Below, piece after piece: positions 23,170-33,554 of a stretch of DNA of 64,000 nucleotides. Positions within the stretch are counted from its first letter, which is position 1; the number at the start of each line of letters is the position of its first letter. The position numbers and the translations under genes were made by a program. Source of the stretch: Chloroflexota bacterium (GTDB lineage Bacteria > Chloroflexota > Limnocylindria > Limnocylindrales > CSP1-4); assembly GCA_003141955.1 (NCBI GenBank), contig PLOC01000003.1:462-64461 (forward strand). The letters are read 5' to 3'. The notes beneath the pieces are model-generated. The model was given only the letters and a program-made list of their open reading frames with translations, did not search any database and was not told the DNA's origin.

Positions 23170-24846
23170 GTGAGGGTGAGCAGCAACACTCTCTCGGTTG
23201 AGGCGGAGCAAGTCCGCCGACGCGCGGCCGATCTGGCCGGCGAGCTGTCCCGGGCGGCGCGTGGCTCGGCCACGATCGCCCAGGAGCGCGCGATCCTGCG
23301 CATGGTCGGAGTGGACGGCCTGGATCGAGCCGGCCATCCGCTGGCCGCGTCGATGGCCGAGCGGTACTGCAGCCCCGACCGGGACCGGCTGGCGAGTGGC
23401 GTGATCCTGCCGTTCGCCGTGGCCCTGCTCGAATACGACCTGTCCGCTCGAGACCTCGGGCTCGAGGTAGCGTCGGGCGCGGTCGACCTCGGGCTCGAGG
23501 CCGAGTTGCTGGACCGACCCGGGCGGCAGGCCGCCGCCGAGGCTCACGCGTCGCGGCTGCTGGCCGCGGCGCTGGCCCGATTCGACGCCAACCGGACTGC
23601 CGCCCGGGACATGCGCGACGTGCTCGGGCTGGCCGACGAGCCCTGGCTGGGAGTGGCCCTGCAGGCGGCCGAGGTGGGGCCCGCCGCCGAGGAGACGAAG
23701 GCGCTCGTCGGGGAGGGCGCCGACGTCGTCCAGGTTCGAATGCCGGCCAGCTGGGAATTCGCCGAGGCCCGGCGGCATGTGGGCCTCGAGACGCCCGGGC
23801 TCTTCGAGGTCGAGGGGCGGCCGGGCACGGGCGGCAGGAGATCCGGCGCTCGCGGGTCAGTCGGGCGGCTGACCGATCGGCGTCGCGGCGCCCGGGCGCG
23901 TTCGGCGCCCCCGCAGCGGTTCGAGCGCGACCTCGTCCCGGCCGGCAGCCAGCGGGGTCTGGCGGCGCTTCGGAAAGCGGCCGACGACGCGGCCGCGGAA
24001 CGAGGCTGCTACGCCAGCCTGATGACGGTCACCTCCGCCTTCGCCGCGCCCGAGCAGGCCGTCGTTGCCGCGTTCGAGCGGATCGACTTCGTGGAGGCCG
24101 ATCCGATTCGCGAGATCGTCGACGACAACGTCGATCCGGAGCGTGCGCTGGCCGACCACGCCTTTGCGCACCGGCTTCACGCACGGGCCGGTTGCCGGGT
24201 CGTGATGGGTCCCGGGCCGCTGGCGCTCGGCGCCGACGTGGCAAGCGGCATTCCTTCCGACGCCGCGACGCGGGCCGGGCGAGCCCTCGCACTTCAGGCC
24301 CTGGGCGTGGAGCTGGCTCTCGCCGACGGTCTCGCCGCGGACCGGCTGCTGCTGGGCGCGGTGCCCGACTGGGTCGCCGAGGACGGCAACGCGCGCGCCA
24401 TCCTCGTCCAGGCGTGGCTGCGGGGCCTGGTCTTTCCGGGCCACCGCCTGGTCGTCGGCGAGCCACGAGCCGACAATCAGCCGCCCGGTCGAACCACGGC
24501 TCTCGTGACGGCGCTCTCGGGGGCTGCGGCGTCACTCGTGGTCAGGGACAGTGCCGCAGGCAGCGTCTCCGAATCCGCCGCGGACCTGAGAGCGGCCGCT
24601 TCGACGGCCGCGGCCCTGCGGGCGGCGCTGGGCGACGGCATGTTGCACGGAGATGCGGCGGAACTGGCGACACGGACGCTGCGCGCCGCGAACGCGGCGC
24701 TGGAGCGTCTCGCCGGCGAGGGGTGGGGGAGTCTGCTCGGGCCCGCCGGACGTGGCACAGAGGCCGAACCATTCGGCCGCGGCGCGGTCGTCGAGCGCGC
24801 CACAGGCCCAACCTCGAGCTCCCGGCTGCTGGCCGCGCTGAAGTAG
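23170..24846 (+). CDS. Divergent lysine 5,6-aminomutase alpha-subunit (KamD)-like protein
   Basis: ERAILRMVGVDG, GADVVQVR, LRKAADD..ERGCY and FERID parallel KamD blocks from memory; no beta subunit adjacent. Confidence 0.65.
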   Translation: MRVSSNTLSVEAEQVRRRAADLAGELSRAARGSATIAQERAILRMVGVDGLDRAGHPLAASMAERYCSPDRDRLASGVILPFAVALLEYDLSARDLGLEVASGAVDLGLEAELLDRPGRQAAAEAHASRLLAAALARFDANRTAARDMRDVLGLADEPWLGVALQAAEVGPAAEETKALVGEGADVVQVRMPASWEFAEARRHVGLETPGLFEVEGRPGTGGRRSGARGSVGRLTDRRRGARARSAPPQRFERDLVPAGSQRGLAALRKAADDAAAERGCYASLMTVTSAFAAPEQAVVAAFERIDFVEADPIREIVDDNVDPERALADHAFAHRLHARAGCRVVMGPGPLALGADVASGIPSDAATRAGRALALQALGVELALADGLAADRLLLGAVPDWVAEDGNARAILVQAWLRGLVFPGHRLVVGEPRADNQPPGRTTALVTALSGAAASLVVRDSAAGSVSESAADLRAAASTAAALRAALGDGMLHGDAAELATRTLRAANAALERLAGEGWGSLLGPAGRGTEAEPFGRGAVVERATGPTSSSRLLAALK

Positions 24847-24925
24847 ATGGGGCCTCCGGCCCCACGCCGCGGAGCGCCGGCGGCAACCGCCGACTGTGGC
24901 TACCACGGTCGGCCCCGGTGCTAGG

Positions 24926-25900
24926 ATGGCCGGCGGGACGGGAGCCAGCGCAGAGGAGAGACAACTGAGCAGTTCGAACGAGCGCACGGTCGCGCTCGGG
25001 GGGCGCCGCGTGCCAGTCGTCGTGGTCGCCGGTCTGGTCGCCCTCTTCGCCGTCTGGCTCGGCATCGTCTATTTCGCCGAACCGTGGGCCCAGTCTGCTC
25101 TGCCGTCCGGCATGGACGCTCGGTGCTATTGGGTGCCCAGCCTCTCGAACCCGTACTTGAACTCGACCTGGACCGAGCAGATCGCGTACCCGTACTCGCC
25201 GGCCTTCCTGCAGATCCTGCAGCCGATTCGGCTGCTGCCCTGGCAGCTCTTCATGGCCGTCTGGGCCGCGATCTTGATGGCGGCGATGGTCTACCTGACC
25301 GGCCCGCGGCTGATCCTCCTTGGCCTTGCCTTCTTTGGCCTGATGGAGATCTGGGGCGGCAACATCGAGCTGCTCATCGCGGTGGCGATCGTCCTCGGGT
25401 TCCGCTGGCCGGCGACGTGGGCGTTCGTCCTGCTCACCAAGATCACACCCGGCGTCGGCCTGCTCTGGTTCGCGGTCCGCCGCGAATGGCGCGCCCTGGC
25501 GATCGCTCTCGCGGCGACGGTCGCGGTCGTGGCGGTCTCGGCGGCGATCCAGCCGAACGCGTGGCTGGCGTGGCGCGACGTCCTCGTTTCGAATGCCGGC
25601 AAGAACGGGACCTGGGCCGCGGTCCCGGTTCCGTTCCTGGTGCGCCTTCCGCTCGCCGTCGTGCTGGTCGTGTGGGGCGCCCGCAGGAACCACCGCTGGA
25701 CGGTGCCCGTTTCGGCGATGCTCGCCCTGCCGGCGCTCTGGTACGGCGGCTTGAGCATCATGCTCGCCACGCTGCCGCTGCTGGGAGCGCGGACGTGGGG
25801 TGAGGTTCGCCAGGTGCTGAGTGGCGGTTGGTCGGAGCTTGCCGGCGAAATCGAGCACCTGCCCCGACCGTTCGGCCGCGGCTCCGCTCCCATAGGCTGA
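24926..25900 (+). CDS. GT87/DUF2029 membrane glycosyltransferase
   Basis: DARCYW, YPYSPAF, GNI, LTKITP; multi-TM. Confidence 0.75.
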   Translation: MAGGTGASAEERQLSSSNERTVALGGRRVPVVVVAGLVALFAVWLGIVYFAEPWAQSALPSGMDARCYWVPSLSNPYLNSTWTEQIAYPYSPAFLQILQPIRLLPWQLFMAVWAAILMAAMVYLTGPRLILLGLAFFGLMEIWGGNIELLIAVAIVLGFRWPATWAFVLLTKITPGVGLLWFAVRREWRALAIALAATVAVVAVSAAIQPNAWLAWRDVLVSNAGKNGTWAAVPVPFLVRLPLAVVLVVWGARRNHRWTVPVSAMLALPALWYGGLSIMLATLPLLGARTWGEVRQVLSGGWSELAGEIEHLPRPFGRGSAPIG

Positions 25901-26031
25901 GTTGAGGCCGCCTCGGGCCCCGGCGCCACCCCGCTCCGGGCCCCGCCCTGCCCCGGCGCCGAGCGCATGAAGTGGCCTTGCTCGTACGATAGGCGCCAAT
26001 AGCGGTCGAACGCATCAGGGAGGAGAACCAA

Positions 26032-26706
26032 GTGCCCGAACCTTCTCTGTTGCCGGCCCGCGACAGCGCCTGGCCGACGCTTCACGTGTCGCGGCATCCG
26101 GCGATCCTTCACAAGCTCCGGATCCTGCGGGACGAAAAGACCGAGCCCAAGAAGTTCCGCGAGGTCGTCCGCGAGTTGTCGTGGCTGCTCGGCTACGAGG
26201 CGCTGGCCGACGTCGAAGTCCGCCCTCTCACCGTCACCACGCCCCTCGAGACGACGGATGCCCACGAGCTGGGCGTGCGCATCGGCCTGGTACCGATCCT
26301 GCGGGCCGGCCTGGGCATGGTCGACGCCATGCTCGAGCTGATGCCCACGGCCGAGGTCTGGCATCTCGGCCTCTTCCGCGACGAGCGGACGCTGCGGCCG
26401 GTCGAGTATTACAACAAGCTGCCGGACTCGGCGACGGTGGACCTGTGCCTGATCCTGGATCCGATGCTCGCCACCGGCGGATCGGCCACGGCAGCGATCG
26501 AGGTCCTCAAACGCTGGGGCGCGACGCGGATCAAGCTCATCAACCTGATCGTGGCGCCCGAAGGCGTCGACGTCGTCACCGCCGCCCATCCCGACGTCGA
26601 GATCTACTGCGCGGCCGTGGACCGGCAACTCAACGAGCACGGCTATATCATGCCGGGCCTGGGCGACGCCGGCGACCGCCAGTTCGGGACGGGCCGGGCG
26701 GGGTAG
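26032..26706 (+). CDS. upp: Uracil phosphoribosyltransferase
   Basis: [31 protein letters not shown]. Confidence 0.97.
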   Translation: MPEPSLLPARDSAWPTLHVSRHPAILHKLRILRDEKTEPKKFREVVRELSWLLGYEALADVEVRPLTVTTPLETTDAHELGVRIGLVPILRAGLGMVDAMLELMPTAEVWHLGLFRDERTLRPVEYYNKLPDSATVDLCLILDPMLATGGSATAAIEVLKRWGATRIKLINLIVAPEGVDVVTAAHPDVEIYCAAVDRQLNEHGYIMPGLGDAGDRQFGTGRAG

Positions 26707-26913
26707 CGCCCGGGCTCATCGCCAAAGAGAAGCGGGCGGCCTTTCGGGCCCCGGCTCGTAAGGACCGGGGATTTGCCAGCCGGTTAGGGCACCCGAGCGT
26801 GCCATAGAAGGTGTCACACAGGACGGGCAGGATGAGGAGGTCAAACTCCCCACTCTGACCGTCCCGTTTCACGTCCGCGACTTGCCGCCCACGTCGAACG
26901 CCCGAGCTGCCCC

Positions 26914-28518
26914 ATGGCGGAGCACGCTGGCGGATACGTCTGGTTCGATGGCGTCTACTCCACGAACCAGGTGCACCAGCGAACACGCTTCAAGTGCGCG
27001 CCACACCCCGATCAGAACCAAGCGGATGGCTCACCCGGCTGGAAGCGACACCCGTTCTATGTCCAGATGCCGCGGCGAGAACCGCTCCGCACCCTGGCTA
27101 CGCTCGACCGGATCTGCGACGAGTGCGAGCACCTTCTGGTGCGTTCGGAAGGTCCCGTCACGCCGCATCGGTTCATCTTCTCGGCACGCGAGGCGGCCAA
27201 GGTTCTGGTCAAGGTTGCCACCGGCGAGACATACCGAGACGCGTCACGAGAAGTGCGCGACATCGCCAACCGCTTCGTCGCCACTGGCGCCAACGGCCAT
27301 GGCATTGCCAGCAATAACGGATCACTGGCGGCGGACTATCTCGATCTCTTCGCAGATGTCGTCTACGACCACTACAAACCCGCGGCCTGGCCGGAGATAG
27401 TGGCCCTCGACGCCCTGCCGTTCCGCGTCCGCGACTGGGTAAAGGGCAAGTCGATTCCGGGCGGCAAGCCCGTTGCCAGCATCCTCGGTGCGTTCGGATA
27501 CCCGGCTGCCGGCAAGAAGGGCCGCGTCTGGCACCTCGCCATCTCGGGCGGTCTCGACCGACTCTCGTGGGTTGCGTTCCTTCGCTCGATGCCGACCGAC
27601 CCCAACAAGCCGCCGACGTGGGTCGTGTGCGACGACGACGCGGCAATCCAGGGCGCGGTCAAGGTCGTGTGGCCCGAAGCGACGATCTACATCTCCGACG
27701 GGCACATCCAGCGCAACGGCCTTGACCGGATCCGGGGCGACTTCGGCGGGCGTCGCACGGAGGTTGAGACGGCGATCGAGCACTCGACGAGGGGTCCGGC
27801 CCAATGGGCGGCGCTCGAAACTCTGGCGGCCAGCGTGCCAGACAACGCCACCTTGATCGCTTGGATCAAGGGGAAGCGGCCCCTGATGGCGCGCCAGTTC
27901 GCGGTTGTCAGGCCGGGCCATCCGCAAGGCGCGGGCGCGCTCGAACAGTTCTTCACGGTTCTCCGCGACGCGATCGGGATCCGGCGCTACCGGTTCCGCA
28001 ACGCCGGGCGGCTCGAACGTCTCGCCAAGATGGTCGCCCTCCGTCGTGCGAAGTTGAGCGACGAACGTAGGTTCGCACGCATCATCCGCACACACCTGGA
28101 CGCACGCGCCGGCAGGGTCGGCGTCGGCTTCCGGGAGCGCGCCGATCACGATGGCGTGTCGTCCATTGCTGCGCTCGAACGCGGTGCGATTGTGCGCCGT
28201 GCCGCCGCAGTGGGCTTCAAGTTGGCGCCCGACTTCGACCCCAAGAAGGCTCGATCGCAGGTCTCGGACGCCGCGGGTCGCCATGCGGCCAAACAGCGCC
28301 TGAACGCACTTCCGCCAAGTGAGCAAAGGGCCGTGAAGGAAGCCAAGCGGGCTTACATGCGCGACTACATGGCCAAGCGACGCGAGCGCGAGGACTCCGA
28401 TCGGAAGGCGAAGGGTCTTCCGCCGATCAAACGGAAAGGCGCATACGGACCGAGGAAGCAGAAACCCTTGAGCGTCATCTCGCCCGAGGAGCTGGCCCAC
28501 CCGAGCGAGGACTTCTGA
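26914..28518 (+). CDS. Putative DDE transposase, distantly IS256/Mutator-like
   Basis: IVALDALP, VVCDDDAAIQGAVKVVWPEA...H, ALEQFF..LR...RFRN; N-terminal Cys/His residues; lies inside the inverted repeats. Confidence 0.7.
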   Translation: MAEHAGGYVWFDGVYSTNQVHQRTRFKCAPHPDQNQADGSPGWKRHPFYVQMPRREPLRTLATLDRICDECEHLLVRSEGPVTPHRFIFSAREAAKVLVKVATGETYRDASREVRDIANRFVATGANGHGIASNNGSLAADYLDLFADVVYDHYKPAAWPEIVALDALPFRVRDWVKGKSIPGGKPVASILGAFGYPAAGKKGRVWHLAISGGLDRLSWVAFLRSMPTDPNKPPTWVVCDDDAAIQGAVKVVWPEATIYISDGHIQRNGLDRIRGDFGGRRTEVETAIEHSTRGPAQWAALETLAASVPDNATLIAWIKGKRPLMARQFAVVRPGHPQGAGALEQFFTVLRDAIGIRRYRFRNAGRLERLAKMVALRRAKLSDERRFARIIRTHLDARAGRVGVGFRERADHDGVSSIAALERGAIVRRAAAVGFKLAPDFDPKKARSQVSDAAGRHAAKQRLNALPPSEQRAVKEAKRAYMRDYMAKRREREDSDRKAKGLPPIKRKGAYGPRKQKPLSVISPEELAHPSEDF

Positions 28519-28534
28519 CCCCTCTCCGCCGCGA

Positions 28535-28957
28535 TCAGCTCGGCAGCCAGAATGGCCACCATGGTGGCACGGTCCCGGGGCAAATGCCAGGCTGATTGAG
28601 CTTGAACGGATCCGAGTCAGTCTGTGGCAGCAGCCAGATGAACCACAGATACGCCACGATTACTGCCGCAACGAAGCCGATGACTGCCCCGGCCTTGGGC
28701 CAATAGCGCCCGAATACCGCGTCCAGAACCCCGAAGACGATCCATGTTGAGCCAAGGACTAACGGCGACGTGACCAAGAGCCGAAGGCCTTGGACCATCG
28801 ACGCTCCGGCCTGGCAATCAGCCCACGCCTTCGACAGAAGCTGCCACCAGAGGAATGTCAGGGCAACGCCGACCGCCAATCCGCCCAAACATCCTCGGGC
28901 CAGCCAATGCGGCGCAGCGACCCGACGTTGCTGCTGTGGTTCGATCTCCATTTCCAT
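28535..28957 (-). CDS. Hypothetical 3-TM membrane protein (IS passenger)
   Basis: Hydrophobic helices, CPGTVPPWWPFWLPS tail, gagggg RBS, visibly lower GC. Confidence 0.65.
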   Translation of the reverse strand: MEMEIEPQQQRRVAAPHWLARGCLGGLAVGVALTFLWWQLLSKAWADCQAGASMVQGLRLLVTSPLVLGSTWIVFGVLDAVFGRYWPKAGAVIGFVAAVIVAYLWFIWLLPQTDSDPFKLNQPGICPGTVPPWWPFWLPS

Positions 28958-29169
28958 TGACTGACCCCTCGTCATGCGCTTGCCATCAGCCTACGAGCCT
29001 CGGCGGCAGATAGCAGTCTGCGGGCCGACATGGCGCGACCGCCCAACGCGAAAAGAAGAGACCCGGCCTGCGGACAGGTCGGGTCTTGGTCTTGGACCTT
29101 CGGGCAAATCCCCGGTCCTTACGAGCCGGGGGCGTCTGTGCCGCCCGTTTCGCATCTGCGAGGGTTTTG

Positions 29170-30507
29170 TCAGGAGGCCGCGGCGGGTGACTCCACCTGC
29201 GCGCCCATGCCGAACCTGTTGAGGATCTGGTAGATCACCAGGGCGCCGATGCAGGCGGTGCCGATTCCGGCCACCTGGAAGTCGCCCTGGGTGATGACGA
29301 GGTTGCCGGCACCCAGTGTCAGCGCCACTGCGGCCGTAATGAAGTTCTTGTTGTCCGTGAAGTCGACCCTGTTCTCGACCCAGATGCGGGCACCGGTGGT
29401 GGCGATCAGGCCGAAAAGGACGATCGCCATGCCGCCCAAGACGGCCTGCGGGATCGAATGAACCAGGGCCCCGAACATCGGCGAGAAGCCGAGCAGGATT
29501 GCCACGACCGCGGCGATCACGAAGACCAGGCTGGAGTAGATCTTGGTAACGGCCATGACGCCGATGTTCTCGGCGTAGGTGGTGACGCCTGTGCCGCCGC
29601 CCGAGCCCGAGACCATGGTGGCAACACCGTCAGCGAGAAAGGCACGGCCGATGTACGGATCCAGGTCGCGGCCGGTCATCGTCGCGACGGCCTTGATATG
29701 GCCCAGGTTCTCGGCCACGAGGACGATCGCCACCGGGACGATGAGGATGATGGCGTGCGTGTCGAACTGCGGCGCGGTCAGGGCCGGCCAGCCGAGCAGC
29801 TGGGCGTTGCCGATCGAATTGAGATCGATGTTGGGGCCGCCGAAATGGAGGATGTTCGAGAGAAGGCCGTACAGGCAGTAGCCGAACACGCCGCCGATGA
29901 GGATCGGCAGGCGGCGTGTCATTCCGGGGCCGTACACGGCGATGATCGCCACCGCGAGAGCGGTGATGATGCCGACGAGGATGCCAAAGTTGTCCGTCGC
30001 CGCGCGGCCCGAGGTCATGTACCCGATCGCGGAAGGCGCGAGGTTCAGGCCGACCACCGCGACCACGGCCCCGGTCACGACCGGGGGCATCAGGAACTCG
30101 ACCCATTTGTACCCGACCGCCATGACGATCAGGCCGATCACGGCGTACACCGCACCGCAGGCGATGATGCCGCCCAGGGCGACCGGGATGTTGTGGCCGC
30201 CGCCGATGGCCTCAGCCGACATGACCACGGCGATGAACGAGAAGCTCGAGCCGAGGTAGCTCGGAACCCGGCCGCGGACGAAGACGAAGAAGATCAGCGT
30301 TCCGATTCCCGAGAAGAAGATGGCCGTGTTCGGGTTGAAACCCATGATGACCGGCGCCAGCACCGTCGCCCCGAACATGGCGAAGATGTGCTGGATGCCC
30401 AGCGCCACCGATTGCCCGGCCGGCGGCCGCTCGTCCGGGGCGATGATGCCTTCCCGTTTGACGGTCCACTGGAACATGCCACGGACATACCCGATGGCAG
30501 CAGCCAT
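29170..30507 (-). CDS. uraA: NCS2 uracil/xanthine permease
   Basis: QHIFAMFGATVL, PSYLGSSFSF, TTYAENIGV signature. Confidence 0.9.
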   Translation of the reverse strand: MAAAIGYVRGMFQWTVKREGIIAPDERPPAGQSVALGIQHIFAMFGATVLAPVIMGFNPNTAIFFSGIGTLIFFVFVRGRVPSYLGSSFSFIAVVMSAEAIGGGHNIPVALGGIIACGAVYAVIGLIVMAVGYKWVEFLMPPVVTGAVVAVVGLNLAPSAIGYMTSGRAATDNFGILVGIITALAVAIIAVYGPGMTRRLPILIGGVFGYCLYGLLSNILHFGGPNIDLNSIGNAQLLGWPALTAPQFDTHAIILIVPVAIVLVAENLGHIKAVATMTGRDLDPYIGRAFLADGVATMVSGSGGGTGVTTYAENIGVMAVTKIYSSLVFVIAAVVAILLGFSPMFGALVHSIPQAVLGGMAIVLFGLIATTGARIWVENRVDFTDNKNFITAAVALTLGAGNLVITQGDFQVAGIGTACIGALVIYQILNRFGMGAQVESPAAAS

Positions 30508-30791
30508 GAGCGACCTCCTCCGACCTAAGAGCTCTCCTCCGGGCGTGACGGTCCCTTGCGTCAGGGCACCCGGGCGTCCGATTAGGGTCGCAAGAAGGGC
30601 CGGCTCTCGCGCGCCCGCGGCGTAGCCTTGTGTGGGTAAGCGGTGGGCAACTCGTGCGGTTCGTCCCCATGCCAGGCGGCGCGTGCCCTGCCGGGCCTAT
30701 GCTGGCAATATATGGGCAGGCAGGCCGCGCCGCGGGGTCATGGACTGGGCATTGGATCGCGGCCACCCGAATGGCCAAGCATCGGAGCCAC

Positions 30792-33554
30792 ATGACTACC
30801 CAGCCGTCTGCACCTCAGGCATCTCCGACTCCGCCAGTCGACCCGACGGCATCCGGCGGCCTGACCTCGGCCGAGGCGGCCCAACGACTTCGCCAGGACG
30901 GTCCCAACGCGTTCGGTGGCGAGGGCCGCCGCGGTCCGCTGAAGGTCCTCCTCAGCCAATTCGCGAGCCCGCTCGTACTGATCCTCGTCGCTGCCAGCCT
31001 GGTCAGTATCGCGGTCGGCGATCGCGTCGAGGCCGGCATCATCCTGACCATCGTGGCCATGAGCGCCCTTCTGGGCTTCGTCCAGGAGGCCCGTTCCGAG
31101 GCGGCCGTAGCCGCGCTCCAGGCCCGTCTGGCACTGCGCGCTTCCGTGATCAGGGACGGCAAGCAGCAGGAAATCCTGATCCGTGACGTCGTCCGCGGCG
31201 ACGTCGTGGTACTCGGCGCAGGCGACATCGTGCCGGCGGACGCGCGCCTGCTCGAAGCCAACCACCTGTTCATCGACGAGTCGTCGCTGACCGGCGAGTC
31301 TGCCGCCGCGCTCAAGACCCCTCGGCCCGGCGTGCTCGATCCGGACAAAGAGGATGATCGAGCCGGGCTGGCCTTCTTCGGGACGAGCGTGGTGAGTGGC
31401 ACTGGGACGGCCGTCGTCACGGCCACCGGCGCCAGGACGAGCTATGGGACAATCGCCCACCGGCTCGCCGAACGGGCGCCCGAGACCGACTTCCAGCACG
31501 GCGTCCGCGCCTTCAGTCTGCTGATCGGCCGGGTCACGCTAATCCTCGTGGTCGGCGTCGTCGCCATCAACGTGGCCCGGCAGCGGCCGCTCTTCGACGC
31601 CCTGCTCTTCTCCATTGCCTTGGCTGTCGGTCTTACGCCCGAGCTGCTGCCGGCCATCGTGACCCTCAACCTGACCCGCGGCGCGCGCGCCCTGACCGCG
31701 CACGGTGTCCTGGTCAAGAGGCTGCCGGCGATACAGAACCTGGGCAGCGTCACCGTCCTCTGCACGGACAAGACAGGCACCCTGACCCTGGGCAAGCTCG
31801 AGCTGGTGAAGGCCGTCGGTGTCGACAAGGACGACGCCGGGGAAGCCTCCCAGGCCCTTGAGCTGGCATATCTGAACAGCTACTTCGAGTCGAGCTTCCA
31901 GAACCCGCTCGATACCGCGGTGCTGGCAAGCGCGCCCAAGCCGGACGACCTGGCAAAGTACAGAAAGCTTGCGGAGCTGCCTTACGACTTCAACCGGCGG
32001 ATGCTCAGCGTGGTTGTCCAGCGCGGCAGCGAGCCGCCGCTGCTGGTGACCAAGGGCGCACCCGAAGCGGTCGTGGCAGCCTCGAGCAGCGTCCGGGAGG
32101 ACCACACGGCGCGGGCCATCCACAAGGCCGAGCACGATCGCCTGGCGAAGCTCGTCAACGGCTCGTCCGCCGACGGATTCCGTCTTGTCGCCGTGGGTTC
32201 GCGGGTGCTGAGGTCCGACGAGCTGACCGGTCTGCAGGACTCGGCTCCAGCGGCGAGCGCCGAACCTACCGCCGCGAAGGCCTCGACTTCCGCCGCGAAG
32301 GCCTCGACTACCGCCGCGACGGCCTCGACTACCGCCGCGACGGCTCCGGCTCCGACGGCGGCCGTCGCCCTTGCCGACGCATCTCGGCTCGAGCGCGATC
32401 TCACCTTCGAGGGCGTCATCCTCTTCAGCGACCCGCCCAAGCCGGACGTCGGACAGGCGATTGCTGACCTGGCCAACCAGGGGATCGCCCTCAAGATCAT
32501 CACCGGCGACAACGATCTGGTCGCCCGCCATGTAGCCGAGCTGGTCGGGCTGCAAGTCGACGGCGTCCTCACCGGCGACCAGATGCGCCGGCTGACCCAC
32601 CCCGCGCTGGTGGCCCGGGCGCCCCGCACCACCATCTTCGCGCGCGTCGATCCCGACCAGAAGCTCCAGGTCATCCGCGCCCTGCGGGAGTCCGGGCACG
32701 TCGTCGGCTACATGGGCGACGGCATCAACGACGCCCCGGCGCTGCACGTTGCGGACGTGGGTATCAGCGTCGACAACGCCACCGACGTCGCCCGTTCCGC
32801 GGCCGACATCATCCTTCTCGAGCCGAGCCTGGCGGCGATCAGCCAGGGTGTCACGGAGGGCCGGCGCACTTTCGCCAACACCCTCAAGTACATCCGCATG
32901 GGCACCAGCTCCAACTTCGGCAACATGATCAGCATGGCCGGCGCCGCGCTCGTGCTGCCGTATCTGCCCATGCTGCCCAGCCAGATCCTGCTCAACAACC
33001 TCATCTACGATGCATCGCAGACGGCGATTCCGACGGACAACGTGGACGCGGACGTGCAAGCCGAGCCGGCTCGATGGGACGTGCACGCCATCGAGCGCTT
33101 CATGGTCGTCTTCGGGCCGATCTCGTCGATCTTCGACTACGCCACCTTCGGCGTGCTGCTGCTCATGCTCGGCACCAGCCCCAAGAACGAGGGCTCGTTC
33201 CAGGCCGGCTGGTTCATCGAGTCGCTGTTCACCCAGATCCTGGTGGTGCTGGTCATCCGAACCCGCGTGTCGCCGTTCTGGCGGAGCCGGCCGAGCAAGC
33301 AGCTGGGAGCGGCTATCGTGGCGGCGCTGGTCGCGGCGGTGATCATCACGCTGAGCCCGCTCGGGCCCGCGCTGCTCTCGTTCGGCGCGCTGCCGTGGCA
33401 GTTCTGGCCGCTGCTGGTCGTCCTGGTGGCCGCCTACCTGACCCTCATCGAGATCGTCAAGCGCATCTTCGATGGCCGCGAGGCGCGGCGACCCGAAGCG
33501 ATCGCCCGTCAGAAGGCCAGGACGTTCCGCCGGCCCAGCGCTGCGAGCCAGTAG
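30792..33554 (+). CDS. mgtA: Mg2+-translocating P-type ATPase
   Basis: TGES, PELLP, DKTGT, TGDN, GDGINDAP, SSNFGN, NLIYD, GWFIES. Confidence 0.88.
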   Translation: MTTQPSAPQASPTPPVDPTASGGLTSAEAAQRLRQDGPNAFGGEGRRGPLKVLLSQFASPLVLILVAASLVSIAVGDRVEAGIILTIVAMSALLGFVQEARSEAAVAALQARLALRASVIRDGKQQEILIRDVVRGDVVVLGAGDIVPADARLLEANHLFIDESSLTGESAAALKTPRPGVLDPDKEDDRAGLAFFGTSVVSGTGTAVVTATGARTSYGTIAHRLAERAPETDFQHGVRAFSLLIGRVTLILVVGVVAINVARQRPLFDALLFSIALAVGLTPELLPAIVTLNLTRGARALTAHGVLVKRLPAIQNLGSVTVLCTDKTGTLTLGKLELVKAVGVDKDDAGEASQALELAYLNSYFESSFQNPLDTAVLASAPKPDDLAKYRKLAELPYDFNRRMLSVVVQRGSEPPLLVTKGAPEAVVAASSSVREDHTARAIHKAEHDRLAKLVNGSSADGFRLVAVGSRVLRSDELTGLQDSAPAASAEPTAAKASTSAAKASTTAATASTTAATAPAPTAAVALADASRLERDLTFEGVILFSDPPKPDVGQAIADLANQGIALKIITGDNDLVARHVAELVGLQVDGVLTGDQMRRLTHPALVARAPRTTIFARVDPDQKLQVIRALRESGHVVGYMGDGINDAPALHVADVGISVDNATDVARSAADIILLEPSLAAISQGVTEGRRTFANTLKYIRMGTSSNFGNMISMAGAALVLPYLPMLPSQILLNNLIYDASQTAIPTDNVDADVQAEPARWDVHAIERFMVVFGPISSIFDYATFGVLLLMLGTSPKNEGSFQAGWFIESLFTQILVVLVIRTRVSPFWRSRPSKQLGAAIVAALVAAVIITLSPLGPALLSFGALPWQFWPLLVVLVAAYLTLIEIVKRIFDGREARRPEAIARQKARTFRRPSAASQ
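32266..32349 (+). repeat. In-frame 21-bp tandem repeat, about 4 copies
   Basis: Unit ct(a/t)ccgccgcga(a/c)ggcctcga, encoding TAAKAST-like heptads. Confidence 0.9.

Larger units (their letters stand above)
26749..29131 (+). mobile_element. IS-like element with passenger gene
   Basis: Perfect 29-bp inverted repeats ccccggctcgtaaggaccggggatttgcc at 26749-26777 and 29103-29131 enclosing a DDE-like ORF. Confidence 0.85.

Noticed and set aside
30508..30630. PyrR site or riboswitch upstream of uraA
   Set aside because: Hairpins are present but no PyrR consensus or recognisable aptamer
33509..33554. 46-bp convergent overlap of mgtA and the TIM-barrel gene
   Set aside because: Common in GC-rich genomes; no sign of special function
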